A DNA stretch of 64,000 nucleotides from an uncultured Peptococcaceae bacterium (GCA_958451915.1 CAUDRX010000001.1:31381-95380), one strand, 5' to 3'; shown: positions 1-9,297, counted from the first letter of the stretch. The notes: a model not told the origin generated them from the sequence alone. Made by a program: numbers and translations.

Positions 1-1
1 G

Positions 2-1879
2 AATCTGCCGGTGCTGACGGCTAACAAGCAGGAGCCTGCACCTACGTTAGCAAGGGTACCAAAGCAGAGTCAGGGCGAACTGACCATCACTGGTCAACCA
101 AGCGAACCGATCTATGAAACACAGGAGCCATTCACATTAACAGTGAGCGGTGGTCTGCCCAATGGTGCAGTGACTTGGTCGACGAGCGATGAGAACATTG
201 CCACTGTTGACGAGCGCGGAACGGTTACCATCCATGGTGTGGGTCTGGTGACCATTACCGCCACGAAAGCGGGTGACGACACCTACGCCGACGCCATAGC
301 AACGTATTCTTTCACCGTGCTCGGAACGCCAATCAGCGAAGTCACGATTTCCAATCTGAAGGCGCCGGTTTCTGGCGAAGATCCTGTAACGTATGTGGAG
401 GTGCCTGAGGACGCCAATTATCATGGATTGGTGGCTGCTGATCTTGGCGACAGCACAGCGACCGTGGAGTGGCGCGACAGCGACTGGAAACTGGTACATG
501 AAGGTGATAACTTTATGCAAAACGAAGTCTATACGGTGGTTGTTCCTCTTACAGCCAATGACTACTATTCTTTTGCAGAGGAGATTCAGGTCAATACACC
601 TGGCTTTACGCCTGGAACGGTGACACAGTTTTCCACGGCACCTGATCCAAATTTAAAAAATACCATCAGAGTTTCTATTGTCTTTAAACCAACGGCACAC
701 ATGCACAGTTATCAGAATGAAGAGACCTGGACCACAGAGCCGCTGCATCATTGGCACGCCTGCACAGAAAATGACTGTCCGCTGATGCCGTCGGAAATGC
801 CAGGCTACGCAGCGCACACGGGCAATCCGGGGGATAAATGCAGCGTTTGCGGCGCTGACATCGGGTATGAAATCACCTTTGATGCCAATGGCGGACAATG
901 TGACACAACAAGCATGTACACCGACACAGCTGGCAAGCTAAGCACGCTGCCAACACCAAAGCGCGGCGGATACACCTTCGATGGCTGGTTCACGGAGCAA
1001 AGCGGTGGCACGGCGGTCACCGCAGAGACAGTGTACGACAAAAACACCACGCTGTACGCGCACTGGACGGCTATCCCTTCTGGCAGCAGCAGTTATATGA
1101 TCGACGTCATTGAGTCGACGCATGGCACGGTGACCGCATCGCCAAAATGGGCGAGCAGCGGGCGCATCGTGACTTTGACGGTGACACCGGACGAAGGGTA
1201 CGAACTTGCCGCGCTGACCGTTACGGATAAGAACGGCAATGACGTGGCACTCACCAATAATGGCGACGGCACGTACACGTTCAAAATGCCAGCGTCGAAG
1301 GTGACGGTAAAGGCGACGTTCACAAAAGACATCGTGACCTTGCCGTTCATCGATGTTCACCCAGGCGATTGGTTCTACGACCCAGTTTGCTTTGTGTACG
1401 AGAACGGCCTGATGACCGGCACCTCGGCCACCACCTTCGAGCCAAACACCAGCCTCAGCCGCGCCATGCTCGTGGCTGTGCTCCATCGCCTGGAAGGCAG
1501 CCCGCAAGCCAGCGCCGGTGATTTCACCGACGTAGCCGAGGGCGACTGGTACGCCCAGGCTGTGAACTGGGCAGCATCGGTGGGCGTGGTCAACGGCTTT
1601 GACGATGGCACCTTCCAGCCAAACGCCGCTATCACCCGCGAACAAATGGCCGCCATCCTGCGCAATTACGCAGCTTACAAAGGCCTTGACGTGAGCGCCA
1701 GCGGCAGCCTCAGCACCTTCACCGACGCCGCAAGCGTCAGCGACTGGGCGAAAGAGTCTGTTGAATGGGCAGTTGGCAGTGGCTTGCTTGGCGGCTATGA
1801 GGACAGCACCTTGCAGCCACAGGGCACCACAACCAGAGCAGAAGTAGCCAGCGTGCTGCAGCGTTATTTGGAAAAATAA
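2..1879 (+). CDS. cell-surface protein, 5'-partial (Big_2 Ig-like domain, Listeria/Bacteroides-type repeat, three C-terminal SLH domains)
   Basis: The frame is open back to position 2, so the N-terminus lies outside the window. Big_2-like TVTIHGVGLVTITATKAGDDTYA; Flg_new-type repeat GYTFDGWFTEQSGGTAVTAETVYDKNTTLYAHW; SLH repeats FIDVHPGDWFYDPV.., FTDVAEGDWYAQAV.., FTDAASVSDWAKESV.. Confidence 0.85.
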   Translation, partial: NLPVLTANKQEPAPTLARVPKQSQGELTITGQPSEPIYETQEPFTLTVSGGLPNGAVTWSTSDENIATVDERGTVTIHGVGLVTITATKAGDDTYADAIATYSFTVLGTPISEVTISNLKAPVSGEDPVTYVEVPEDANYHGLVAADLGDSTATVEWRDSDWKLVHEGDNFMQNEVYTVVVPLTANDYYSFAEEIQVNTPGFTPGTVTQFSTAPDPNLKNTIRVSIVFKPTAHMHSYQNEETWTTEPLHHWHACTENDCPLMPSEMPGYAAHTGNPGDKCSVCGADIGYEITFDANGGQCDTTSMYTDTAGKLSTLPTPKRGGYTFDGWFTEQSGGTAVTAETVYDKNTTLYAHWTAIPSGSSSYMIDVIESTHGTVTASPKWASSGRIVTLTVTPDEGYELAALTVTDKNGNDVALTNNGDGTYTFKMPASKVTVKATFTKDIVTLPFIDVHPGDWFYDPVCFVYENGLMTGTSATTFEPNTSLSRAMLVAVLHRLEGSPQASAGDFTDVAEGDWYAQAVNWAASVGVVNGFDDGTFQPNAAITREQMAAILRNYAAYKGLDVSASGSLSTFTDAASVSDWAKESVEWAVGSGLLGGYEDSTLQPQGTTTRAEVASVLQRYLEK

Positions 1880-1888
1880 TGACATAAA

Positions 1889-1917
1889 GAAACGACAGCT
1901 CCAGCAGCTGTCGTTTC
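1889..1917 (+). terminator. intrinsic terminator hairpin after the SLH protein gene
   Basis: GAAACGACAGCT-ccagc-AGCTGTCGTTTC, a perfect 12-bp stem 10 nt after the stop; the T-run is weak. Confidence 0.6.
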
Positions 1918-1972
1918 ACATTACAGATAAACTCTATCCTAGCATTTTGCTAAGATAGAGTTTTCTTTGTAA

Positions 1973-2012
1973 AAAACGACACGCCGTCCTGTGCAGGATG
2001 GCGTGTCGTTTT
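1973..2012. terminator. bidirectional intrinsic terminator
   Basis: AAAAAACGACACGCCGTCCTG-tgc-AGGATGGCGTGTCGTTTTTT, with an A-run on one side and a T-run on the other; it abuts the stop of the minus-strand gene at 2013. Confidence 0.8.
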
Positions 2013-2417
2013 TTATTCGTCTGAAAGGTCGTCGCTGCCCTGGGAAGCGGCTTCCAGACATTGGGCAACAGCGTCGCGCAGGGCGTCGGCGGTCTCAGTG
2101 GCACCGCTGACGCCGTCTACCTCGACACTCTGTGCATCGAGCATGGCGGGGATCATCTGCTCGATGGCAGCGCCGCCGCGGTCTGGGGTTTCGTTGGGCG
2201 CATCTGCGTCAATGCTGGCGAGACGGCCGCTTTGGATGGTCACGCTTACGGCGAGATCACCGCCGTAAGCGGCTGATGATGCCTGATAGGTGCCATCGCT
2301 CCACTGGCCGGCGGGTGCAATGTCATAATTTTGGGCGGGCGCGCTGTCCTGACTGGCGCAGGCTGTGCAGAAGAGGAGCAGGAGCGTGGTGAGGGGGAGA
2401 AGGAAGGTGCGTTTCAT
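2013..2417 (-). CDS. FMN-binding-domain lipoprotein
   Basis: Lipoprotein signal MKRTFLLPLTTLLLLFCTAC; FMN_bind-type motif VDGVSGATETAD; 134 aa. Confidence 0.8.
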   Translation of the reverse strand: MKRTFLLPLTTLLLLFCTACASQDSAPAQNYDIAPAGQWSDGTYQASSAAYGGDLAVSVTIQSGRLASIDADAPNETPDRGGAAIEQMIPAMLDAQSVEVDGVSGATETADALRDAVAQCLEAASQGSDDLSDE

Positions 2418-2559
2418 ATTAAATTGAACTCCTTTCGCGTGTGTTCACTTTATTGTACCCTCCCGGGCGCAGTCTGGCAACGCCTGATTGACGCAGTTGA
2501 ACAGAGATGGTAAGCTTTTAGGAGAAGTTTATTCACAGATACGAGGGAAGGTGGAACGA

Positions 2560-3390
2560 TTGGATCAACAGGACATCACGACGGTGATCAGGACGCGCCG
2601 TAGCGTGCGTACCTACGACGGTCAGCCACTCTCGCCGTCAGACCGCACCTATGCGGAGGCGCTGATCGCGGCGGCGGATAATCCTTTTGGGGCATCGGTG
2701 CGGCTCACGCTCCTGGAAGCAGGAGAGACGCGGGAGAAGCTCAGCACGATGGGTGTGGTGCGGGACGCGCGTGCCTACATCGGTGCTTCCTGCGCCTGGC
2801 AGCCAATGGCCCCGCTGGCACTGGGCTATCAGTTGGAGAGCGTGGTGCTGGGACTGGCGGCCCAGGGACTGGATTCGGTCTGGCTGGGCGGCACTTTTAA
2901 GCGCGATGGCTTCGCCCGGGCCATGGGCGTGCGGCGGGATGACTGGTTTCCGGTGGTGCTGCCGTTCGGCCATGCGGCACGCCGCCCATCGACAGCGGAA
3001 AAGATGATGCGCCGCATGACAAAGGCCGATGAGCGCGAGCTCTGGCGCGACCTTTTCACCGAGGACGGCTTCCAGGTGCAGCTCTCAGAGGCAGCGGCCG
3101 GCGACTATGCGCTGCCGCTGGAGATGCTGCGTTTGGCGCCGTCATCTGCGAACGGCCAGCCTTGGCGCGTGGTCAGACGCGGCAATGTGTTCTATTTCTA
3201 CGAGACCCATAAAGGCAGCCTTGGCGAGGCTCAGGTACGCATGAAGCACATCGACCTCGGCATTGGCATCTGTCATTTTCATCTGACGGCGCAAACACTG
3301 GGTCTGCGCGGTCGTTTTGTTCATCTGCCGCTGGACGGGGTGCGGATCCCGGAAGATACGTTCTATCACGTGTCCTGGGTGGCAGAGTGA
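2560..3390 (+). CDS. nitroreductase family protein
   Basis: RTRRSVRTYDG motif and nitroreductase-like C-terminal half. The track start at 2488 coincides with a TTGACG -35 box, so I prefer in-frame TTG 2560 (or GTG 2551) after GAGGGAAGG. The start is uncertain. Confidence 0.75.
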   Translation: MDQQDITTVIRTRRSVRTYDGQPLSPSDRTYAEALIAAADNPFGASVRLTLLEAGETREKLSTMGVVRDARAYIGASCAWQPMAPLALGYQLESVVLGLAAQGLDSVWLGGTFKRDGFARAMGVRRDDWFPVVLPFGHAARRPSTAEKMMRRMTKADERELWRDLFTEDGFQVQLSEAAAGDYALPLEMLRLAPSSANGQPWRVVRRGNVFYFYETHKGSLGEAQVRMKHIDLGIGICHFHLTAQTLGLRGRFVHLPLDGVRIPEDTFYHVSWVAE

Positions 3391-3407
3391 GAAGAGGAGG
3401 ATCATTC

Positions 3408-4169
3408 ATGAATGTTAAAGAGATCATATTCAGCCCCACCGGCGGGACCCGCGCCGTGGCGGACATGTTGGGGCGAGCTTTGGACCCGGAGCCTTTCCGC
3501 ATCGATTTGACGGGTTTCTATGCCGACCATGAGGAAGTCGCGCTTTCGGCAGAGGACGTTGCCATCATCGCGATGCCTTGCTATTATGGGCGCGTGCCTG
3601 TGCTCGCCGCTGAGCGCCTGGGCGCGGTGGCAGGGCATGGTGCCCGTGCTGTGGTCGTCGCTGTATACGGCAACCGTGCCTATGATGATGAGCTCGTCGA
3701 GCTTGCCGATCTGGCAGCGGCGAGCGGGTTCCAGGTCGTAGCTGGTGTGGCTGCAGTAGCCGAGCATTCTATCGTGCGTCAGTATGCACAAGGGCGTCCG
3801 GATGTTTCTGATGACACTGTGCTGCGCGGCTTTGCCGCCGAGATCGCCGCCAAGCTTGCGCGCGGCGAGACCAGCCAGCCGGATCTGCCGGGCCAGCGCC
3901 CATACAAAGAACTGCCGCCAGGCGGCAACGTGCCGCAGGCGGACGCTTCCTGCATCCATTGCGGCAAATGTGCTGATTTCTGCCCGAATGGCGCTATCGA
4001 TCCCGATCACATAGAGACCGCCGATGCATCGCGCTGCATCTCCTGCATGTGCTGCGTCAGCGTCTGTCCGGTGCAGGTCCGCGACATTGCGCCGGAAGCC
4101 CGCGCCGCCATCACCGGGCACCTCAGAGACGTGTGCAGCGTGCGCAAAGAACCAGAGCTCTATCTCTGA
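3408..4169 (+). CDS. flavodoxin-fold plus 2x[4Fe-4S] ferredoxin-domain protein (EFR1-like)
   Basis: GAGGAGGA precedes ATG 3408. N-terminus MNVKEIIFSPTGGTRAVADMLG; CIHCGKCADFCP and CISCMCCVSVCP cluster motifs. Confidence 0.8.
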   Translation: MNVKEIIFSPTGGTRAVADMLGRALDPEPFRIDLTGFYADHEEVALSAEDVAIIAMPCYYGRVPVLAAERLGAVAGHGARAVVVAVYGNRAYDDELVELADLAAASGFQVVAGVAAVAEHSIVRQYAQGRPDVSDDTVLRGFAAEIAAKLARGETSQPDLPGQRPYKELPPGGNVPQADASCIHCGKCADFCPNGAIDPDHIETADASRCISCMCCVSVCPVQVRDIAPEARAAITGHLRDVCSVRKEPELYL

Positions 4170-4210
4170 GCCCCATTTCCGGTAATGGATAGGATAAAAG
4201 AATGCGATAC

Positions 4211-4240
4211 ACGGACATTTCTTCTGAAATGTCCGTTTTT
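4211..4240 (+). terminator. intrinsic terminator
   Basis: ACGGACATTTC-ttct-GAAATGTCCGT followed by TTTTT. Confidence 0.75.
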
Positions 4241-4287
4241 GCGTTCGTAGCGCGCTTTGCAGGCTCTTACAGTCTTTTCAGAAAACT

Positions 4288-4316
4288 TTGACATGGCCTT
4301 CGGCCAACGCTATAAT
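4288..4316 (+). promoter_or_regulatory. consensus sigma-70-type promoter
   Basis: TTGACA (4288-4293), exactly 17 nt, TATAAT (4311-4316). Confidence 0.7.
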
Positions 4317-4322
4317 GATATT

Positions 4323-4459
4323 TGTAACAACCATATCGACTGCCGGCTCTTCACTTGCTGCCAGAACAGCCGGCCGCGAAAAGATTCGCCGACTCTATGC
4401 CCTGTGCAAGGGTACCGCGAATGAAAAGATCAGCCCCTCCCCGGGGCTGATCTTTTTTT
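4323..4459 (+). ncRNA. candidate small RNA (orphan promoter-to-terminator unit, about 135 nt)
   Basis: Starts about 7 nt after the consensus -10. Internal hairpin GCCGGCT..AGCCGGC. Ends in AGATCAGCCCC-tcccc-GGGGCTGATCT plus T7 (4427-4459). No Shine-Dalgarno-led ORF lies inside and no co-oriented gene follows for about 750 nt. Confidence 0.45.
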
Positions 4460-5203
4460 GTGCCTGCGCATCGAGGTGATATAAATGTCCCGAAAAACTG
4501 CCTGGACAGGTATCGCGCTGTCAGCAGATCAATGATCCGGATACAGGAAAATAGTAGTGCTCATACTGAGCTGCAATAGCTGTCATTTTAAAAAATTTTT
4601 AAATAATTCGCGTAAAATACACAGACAAAGGCATATAATAATATTCACTTACTCATATATGCTGTATGTTAAAAGATAATGTGTATGATTTTGGCAGATG
4701 TTAATATAAAAAACGTTACTGGTTATCAGGGAGTGAGGCCCCATTTCTGAGAATGCGGCCTCACTTCTTTGAGTTTAATATCCCTGTCGAATCGCTTCGG
4801 GATCAAATGACCAAAGCTATGCCACGGCTTTATTGAATGATCCGATTGAAGCGGGGATCGCTGTTTAATGTTCAAAAAAGAAAACGGCGATGGATCCCTT
4901 GGCCGCTCGTTCCTGCCGGAGGAAGGGCGGCTTTTCTTATGCAAAAGCAGTGTTTCCTGAGAGAGGCACGATCGGGTGTGAGAAGCGGGCGATGACTTTA
5001 CAGAAATGTCGCTTGCAAGGCGAGACTCGCAAGGGCATAATGGAGAGAGAAAAAATGAGGCCGGTTTTCCGCGCTGCGAAGGGGATGCAACTGCTGGTTG
5101 ACAGATTTCCAAGGCGGATTGGTGGATGGCACCTGTGGTTTTTGCTAAGATAAAGGCGTCGATCAGGAACGAAAACGACGATATCAAAAAAGGAGGGATT
5201 ACG

Positions 5204-6202
5204 ATGATCCTCGCAGATAAGATCACTGATCAGAGAAAAAAGAATGGCTGGTCCCAGGAAGAACTGGCCAACCAGATCGGTGTCTCCCGCCAAAGTGTGT
5301 CAAAGTGGGAGAGCGGGCAATCGATACCAGACCTCGACAAGATCCTTAAGCTCAGCGAGATCTTTGGTGTGAGCACGGATTACCTGCTCAAAGATGAAGC
5401 GGCGCCGCCGGAAGCGGCTGCGATGCCGCCGGTGGAGGTGCAGGCGCCAGCGGATGAAGCGGCGCGCATGATGACGATGGAAGAGACCTATCAGTATCTG
5501 ACGATGGTGCAGATGGCGGCGCCGCGCATTGCCCGCGGTGTGATGCTCTGTATCCTTTCACCGATCGTGCTGTTTCTGCTCGGCGGGCTTTCCGACAAAG
5601 AGGGTGGCTTTCTGCTGCCGGAGTGGATCGTACCTGCGGTCGGCTTGCCGGTGCTCTTATTTTTCGTCGCCTGCGGGGTGGCACAGTTTATCCTCTACGG
5701 CCGTCAGCTCGAAGCCTACGAGTTTCTCGAAAAACAGCCGGTCGAACTTGCTTATGGCGTGCGCGGTGTTGTCGAAAAACGCAAAGATGCTTATGCGATG
5801 CAGCACGGCCAGCGTTTGATGGTCGGTATCGGGATCCTTGCGGCTGTGCCGCTTTTCATTGGTGCTGCGCTCGATGGTGAGGCGGAAACGATGTTTGGCG
5901 TCACTGCATTCTGTGTGACGCTTCTTGTTGTCAGCATCGGCGTGTACATCATTGTCCAGACCTGTACCATCCAGGGCGGTTATCAGCGCTTGCTGGAGGA
6001 AGGGGAATATTCCCGTGAAAAGAAGTTGGAAAAGCGGCGCAATGAGCCCATCACTGTTGTCTATTGGTGCCTTGTCACAGCGCTCTATCTGCTCTGGAGC
6101 TTTCTTACGATGAATTGGCATCGTACCTGGATCGTCTGGCCCTGTGCCGGGGTGCTCTTCGGTGCGGTGCTCGGCCTGAGTGCGATGCTGCGCAAAGATT
6201 GA
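5204..6202 (+). CDS. XRE-family HTH protein with C-terminal multi-pass membrane domain
   Basis: AAAGGAGGGA precedes ATG 5204. [52 protein letters not shown], followed by several hydrophobic segments. Confidence 0.8.
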   Translation: MILADKITDQRKKNGWSQEELANQIGVSRQSVSKWESGQSIPDLDKILKLSEIFGVSTDYLLKDEAAPPEAAAMPPVEVQAPADEAARMMTMEETYQYLTMVQMAAPRIARGVMLCILSPIVLFLLGGLSDKEGGFLLPEWIVPAVGLPVLLFFVACGVAQFILYGRQLEAYEFLEKQPVELAYGVRGVVEKRKDAYAMQHGQRLMVGIGILAAVPLFIGAALDGEAETMFGVTAFCVTLLVVSIGVYIIVQTCTIQGGYQRLLEEGEYSREKKLEKRRNEPITVVYWCLVTALYLLWSFLTMNWHRTWIVWPCAGVLFGAVLGLSAMLRKD

Positions 6203-6284
6203 ACGACGGACCTGTCCCTTCGGGGGCAGGTTTTTTCTTTCAGATGTGGTATAATGGCAGCAAACTCGAAGAGGAGGCGAAAAG

Positions 6285-6626
6285 ATGCACACACGATCAA
6301 AGGTGGCGCTTGTGTGCTGGCTGGTGCTAGCAGCGTTTATTGCTGGAACCTGCCTGGTCCTGGGCGGGCTTGACGATGCGCCGGGGCTGGGCGGCCTGGG
6401 ATTGCTCGCGGCACTGGCGATGATCCTTGCGGCGGCGAGCCGCTGGGGTGTGATGGCGCGGGGTACAGCAGTGGCGCTATTTACAGGGATCTGCGGCCTG
6501 CTGGCGCTGGCGGGGCCGCTTGTGCTCTGGGCTGACGGCGAGATCGCAAACCCCGGTCCAGGTATACCTGTGATGCTGGCAGGGGCTTTGGTGCTCATGC
6601 TGGCTGTGCGCCGTCTGAGACGCTGA
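6285..6626 (+). CDS. small hydrophobic membrane protein (hypothetical)
   Basis: GAGGAGG precedes ATG 6285. 113 aa with 3-4 predicted TM helices. No family recognised. Confidence 0.55.
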   Translation: MHTRSKVALVCWLVLAAFIAGTCLVLGGLDDAPGLGGLGLLAALAMILAAASRWGVMARGTAVALFTGICGLLALAGPLVLWADGEIANPGPGIPVMLAGALVLMLAVRRLRR

Positions 6627-6633
6627 GCAGCGG

Positions 6634-6687
6634 TTGACGCATCGCGTACTTCGTGGTATTATCATGTTAATGACACAGTGTCAATAC
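6634..6687 (+). promoter_or_regulatory. promoter plus palindromic candidate TetR operator
   Basis: TTGACG (6634-6639), 17 nt, TATTAT (6657-6662). Perfect inverted repeat TGACAC-A-GTGTCA at 6671-6683, with 8 of 10 matching when the arms are extended. Confidence 0.55.
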
Positions 6688-6706
6688 ACCGGAAGGAGGG
6701 CAGGCA

Positions 6707-7360
6707 ATGCCAAAGGGTTCTGAAGCCCTCACGCAGGCACGGCGTGAGGAGATCATCGATGCCTGTGCCAAGCTGTACGAGACGATGGGGTTCAAGGATG
6801 TGACGATCAAAGAGATCGGTAAGGTCACTTCCTTTACCCGCACGTCCATCTATAACTATTTCCAGACGAAAGAAGAGATCTTCCTGGCCTTGATCGGCCG
6901 CGAATTCAGCCGCTGGGGCGAGGCCCTGGCAGCGGCGCAGGCCGCATGCCCTGTGCCCGACCGCGCACAGGTGGCTGAGATCCTGGCCGATACGCTGAGT
7001 GAACGTGTGCTACTCCTGAAGATCCTCTCGATGAATATGTTTGAGATCGAAGAAAAGAGCAGCCTTGAGCAGCTGATCGGCTTCAAGAAAGCCTTCTGCG
7101 GCACCGTTGACCAGCTGGAACGTATGCTCGCGCGGATGACACCGCCGCTGGATGCGGCTGGGCGCCAGGCCTTTCTCTATTCGTTCTTTCCGTTCATGTA
7201 CGGTATCTATCCGTATACGGCGACCACGGAAAAACAGTACAAGGCGATGGAAGCAAATGGTTTCACCGCGCCTGCCCTGACCCCCCATGGGATGATCCTT
7301 GAGACCACCAGCAAGCTCCTGGCGGTCGATCCGGCGCAAGATCAAAGGAGGAAACCATGA
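6707..7360 (+). CDS. TetR/AcrR family transcriptional regulator
   Basis: N-terminal HTH VTIKEIGKVTSFTRTSIYNYFQTKEEIF; GGAAGGAGGG precedes the ATG. Confidence 0.85.
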   Translation: MPKGSEALTQARREEIIDACAKLYETMGFKDVTIKEIGKVTSFTRTSIYNYFQTKEEIFLALIGREFSRWGEALAAAQAACPVPDRAQVAEILADTLSERVLLLKILSMNMFEIEEKSSLEQLIGFKKAFCGTVDQLERMLARMTPPLDAAGRQAFLYSFFPFMYGIYPYTATTEKQYKAMEANGFTAPALTPHGMILETTSKLLAVDPAQDQRRKP

Positions 7361-7836
7361 TGAGCAATCGATTAGTCGCATATTTTTCTGCCACTGGCAC
7401 GACCGCCAGGGTGGCGCAGACATTGGCCGACGCCATTGGCGCTGACCTTTACGAGATCGTGCCGGAAGTGCCTTACACTTCCGCCGACCTCAACTGGAAC
7501 GACAAGCAGAGCCGCACGAGCCGGGAGATGGCCGACAAGGCTTCCCGTCCGGCCATTCGCGGCAAGGTGAGGAACATGGATCAGTACAAGACCATTTATG
7601 TTGGTTTTCCGATCTGGTGGTATATCGCACCGACCATCATCAACACTTTTCTGGAGCAGTACGACCTGAGCGGCAAGACCATCATACCGTTCGCGACTTC
7701 CGGCGGCAGCAGCATGGGCCAGACGGCTGCCAGCCTCGCCTCTTCCTGCCCGGGCGCTGACCTCAGGGAAGGCAAGCGTTTTGCTGCCCATGCAGGTGCA
7801 GCCGAGCTCAAAAAATGGGCGGAACGTTTCTGCTGA
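7357..7836 (+). CDS. flavodoxin family protein
   Basis: VAYFSATGTTARVAQTLADAIGADLYEI and FATSGGSS motifs; 4-nt overlap with the TetR stop suggests an operon. Confidence 0.8.
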   Translation: MMSNRLVAYFSATGTTARVAQTLADAIGADLYEIVPEVPYTSADLNWNDKQSRTSREMADKASRPAIRGKVRNMDQYKTIYVGFPIWWYIAPTIINTFLEQYDLSGKTIIPFATSGGSSMGQTAASLASSCPGADLREGKRFAAHAGAAELKKWAERFC

Positions 7837-7842
7837 CAGACA

Positions 7843-7889
7843 AAAAAAGAGAACGTTTTCCACAACTTTGGAAAACGTTCTCTTTTTTA
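7843..7889. terminator. bidirectional intrinsic terminator
   Basis: AAAAAAAGAGAACGTTTTCC-acaacttt-GGAAAACGTTCTCTTTTTT between convergent genes. Confidence 0.85.
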
Positions 7890-7890
7890 T

Positions 7891-9180
7891 TTAGCGGCGG
7901 GTGAAGATGACGGACTTTGTGAGGCCGTTTTCAGAGACGGCGCGGACGTCATAGCCGAGGACTTCTGCGACGAAGCGGATCGGCACCATGGTGCGGCCAT
8001 CGCCGTTGATGTAAGGGGCAGCATCCATCTCGTAGACGGTGCCGTCGACGGCGTAATGGTCGTAGCCGACGGACATGGTCAGTACGCTGTTGTCGAAGTA
8101 GGTGGTGATGGTGCGCACGTCGCTGTCATATTCGATGCGGGCGCCGAGGAGCTCGCCGATGGCACGGTATGGCACATAGGTGCGGCCGCTGCGCACGATG
8201 GCAGGGCTGTCGATCTCAACGGTTCGGCCGTCAACGTCGATGGCTTTAGCGCCGATGTCAAAGCGCACGCGCTCAGGCTTGTATTCGTATTTTTCCAGGG
8301 GCACGATCACCGGTGCGTCCGAGAGGGCCAGCCGCAGCTGCAGTGTTGTGCCGCTGCCGGCGAGCCCGTTCACGGAGAAGCGGGCGACACCATTTTCGTT
8401 GGTGCGCACGAGCACGTTGGAGACGGCGATGTTGCTGGAGGTGGTGCTGATATAGACAGGCACATCGGCACCGACGGAGAGGCCATTGTCACGCAGGAGC
8501 GCCAGCTGTACTTCTGTCGAAGTGGTACCGCTGTTGTCAATGGAGATCGGGGTCTCCAGGGTCTGTCCGCGCGGGCTGGTGACCAGGAATGAATCCACAC
8601 CGATACCGCGGATCTTTGTTGAGACGACCATCATCGCCACGTCCGAAGCCGGTGTTGGGTTCACGGTCACCTGGCGCTCTGCAGCGGCAGAACCGGTGAG
8701 TTCAAAAGGCCAGTAGTCACTGACATTGTTTGGGTCGATGGCGCCGTTGGAAAGGTAGAGGGCATGCAGCTCATAGCTGCCCGCGGCATCCAGCGTAAGG
8801 TTAAAATGCTGGGCCTGGATGAGGGCGCCGGCGTCCATGATGAGGACGCCCTGGCGGCTGGTCTGGTGCATGTAGACGCCGTCAGCGAGAGAAAGCTCGA
8901 CAAGGTCGAGGCCATCGGAGATCGTGCCGTTTTCGTCGCTGGCCCAAATATAGACCTTGCCCGCCGGGCGGCTCGTCATAGCATTGCCGGTGGCGTCGCG
9001 CAGATCGATAGTGACGCTGAAGCTCTGGTAAGGCACCACTGTCGTGCTGCTGGCACTGGTGGTGAAGAGGGAGCGGTTCGGCGAAGCTTCTGCCGCTTCT
9101 GCTGCCTGTGGCGCAGTCAGGATGCCGCAGATGGCGAAGAGCAGCGTGAAGAGGAGTAGATGCAATGTGCGTGTTCGCAT
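7891..9180 (-). CDS. secreted protein with Ig-like repeats and C-terminal copper-amine-oxidase-N-like (stalk) domain
   Basis: Signal peptide MRTRTLHLLLFTLLFAICGILTAPQAAEA. C-terminal repeats IVRSGRTYVPYRAIGELLGARIEYD and INGDGRTMVPIRFVAEVLGYDV. Confidence 0.8.
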   Translation of the reverse strand: MRTRTLHLLLFTLLFAICGILTAPQAAEAAEASPNRSLFTTSASSTTVVPYQSFSVTIDLRDATGNAMTSRPAGKVYIWASDENGTISDGLDLVELSLADGVYMHQTSRQGVLIMDAGALIQAQHFNLTLDAAGSYELHALYLSNGAIDPNNVSDYWPFELTGSAAAERQVTVNPTPASDVAMMVVSTKIRGIGVDSFLVTSPRGQTLETPISIDNSGTTSTEVQLALLRDNGLSVGADVPVYISTTSSNIAVSNVLVRTNENGVARFSVNGLAGSGTTLQLRLALSDAPVIVPLEKYEYKPERVRFDIGAKAIDVDGRTVEIDSPAIVRSGRTYVPYRAIGELLGARIEYDSDVRTITTYFDNSVLTMSVGYDHYAVDGTVYEMDAAPYINGDGRTMVPIRFVAEVLGYDVRAVSENGLTKSVIFTRR

Positions 9181-9259
9181 GGGTGCGCCTCCTTTTTAAG
9201 AGATGTTGATCTTATTGTAACAAATTGTCCCTGCATTTGGCCACCGACAATCCAATGAC

Positions 9260-9290
9260 AAAAAACGGTCCTTCTCGGGGAGAAGGACCG
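9260..9290 (-). terminator. intrinsic terminator of the zinc-ribbon membrane protein gene
   Basis: On the minus strand: CGGTCCTTCTC-ccc-GAGAAGGACCG followed by TTTTTT. Confidence 0.8.
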
Positions 9291-9297
9291 CATGGTC

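Noticed and set aside
4288-4479. 63-aa ORF overlapping the candidate sRNA.
   Set aside because: Its start codon lies inside the -35 hexamer of the promoter that would have to transcribe it. It has no Shine-Dalgarno sequence, and the product runs through the terminator hairpin.
5055-5153. 32-codon ORF ([32 protein letters not shown]) with a GGAGAG box upstream of the XRE gene.
   Set aside because: The only plausible promoter (TTGCAA-17-CATAAT) would start transcription inside that Shine-Dalgarno-like box. The composition is not protein-like, and there is no conservation evidence available.
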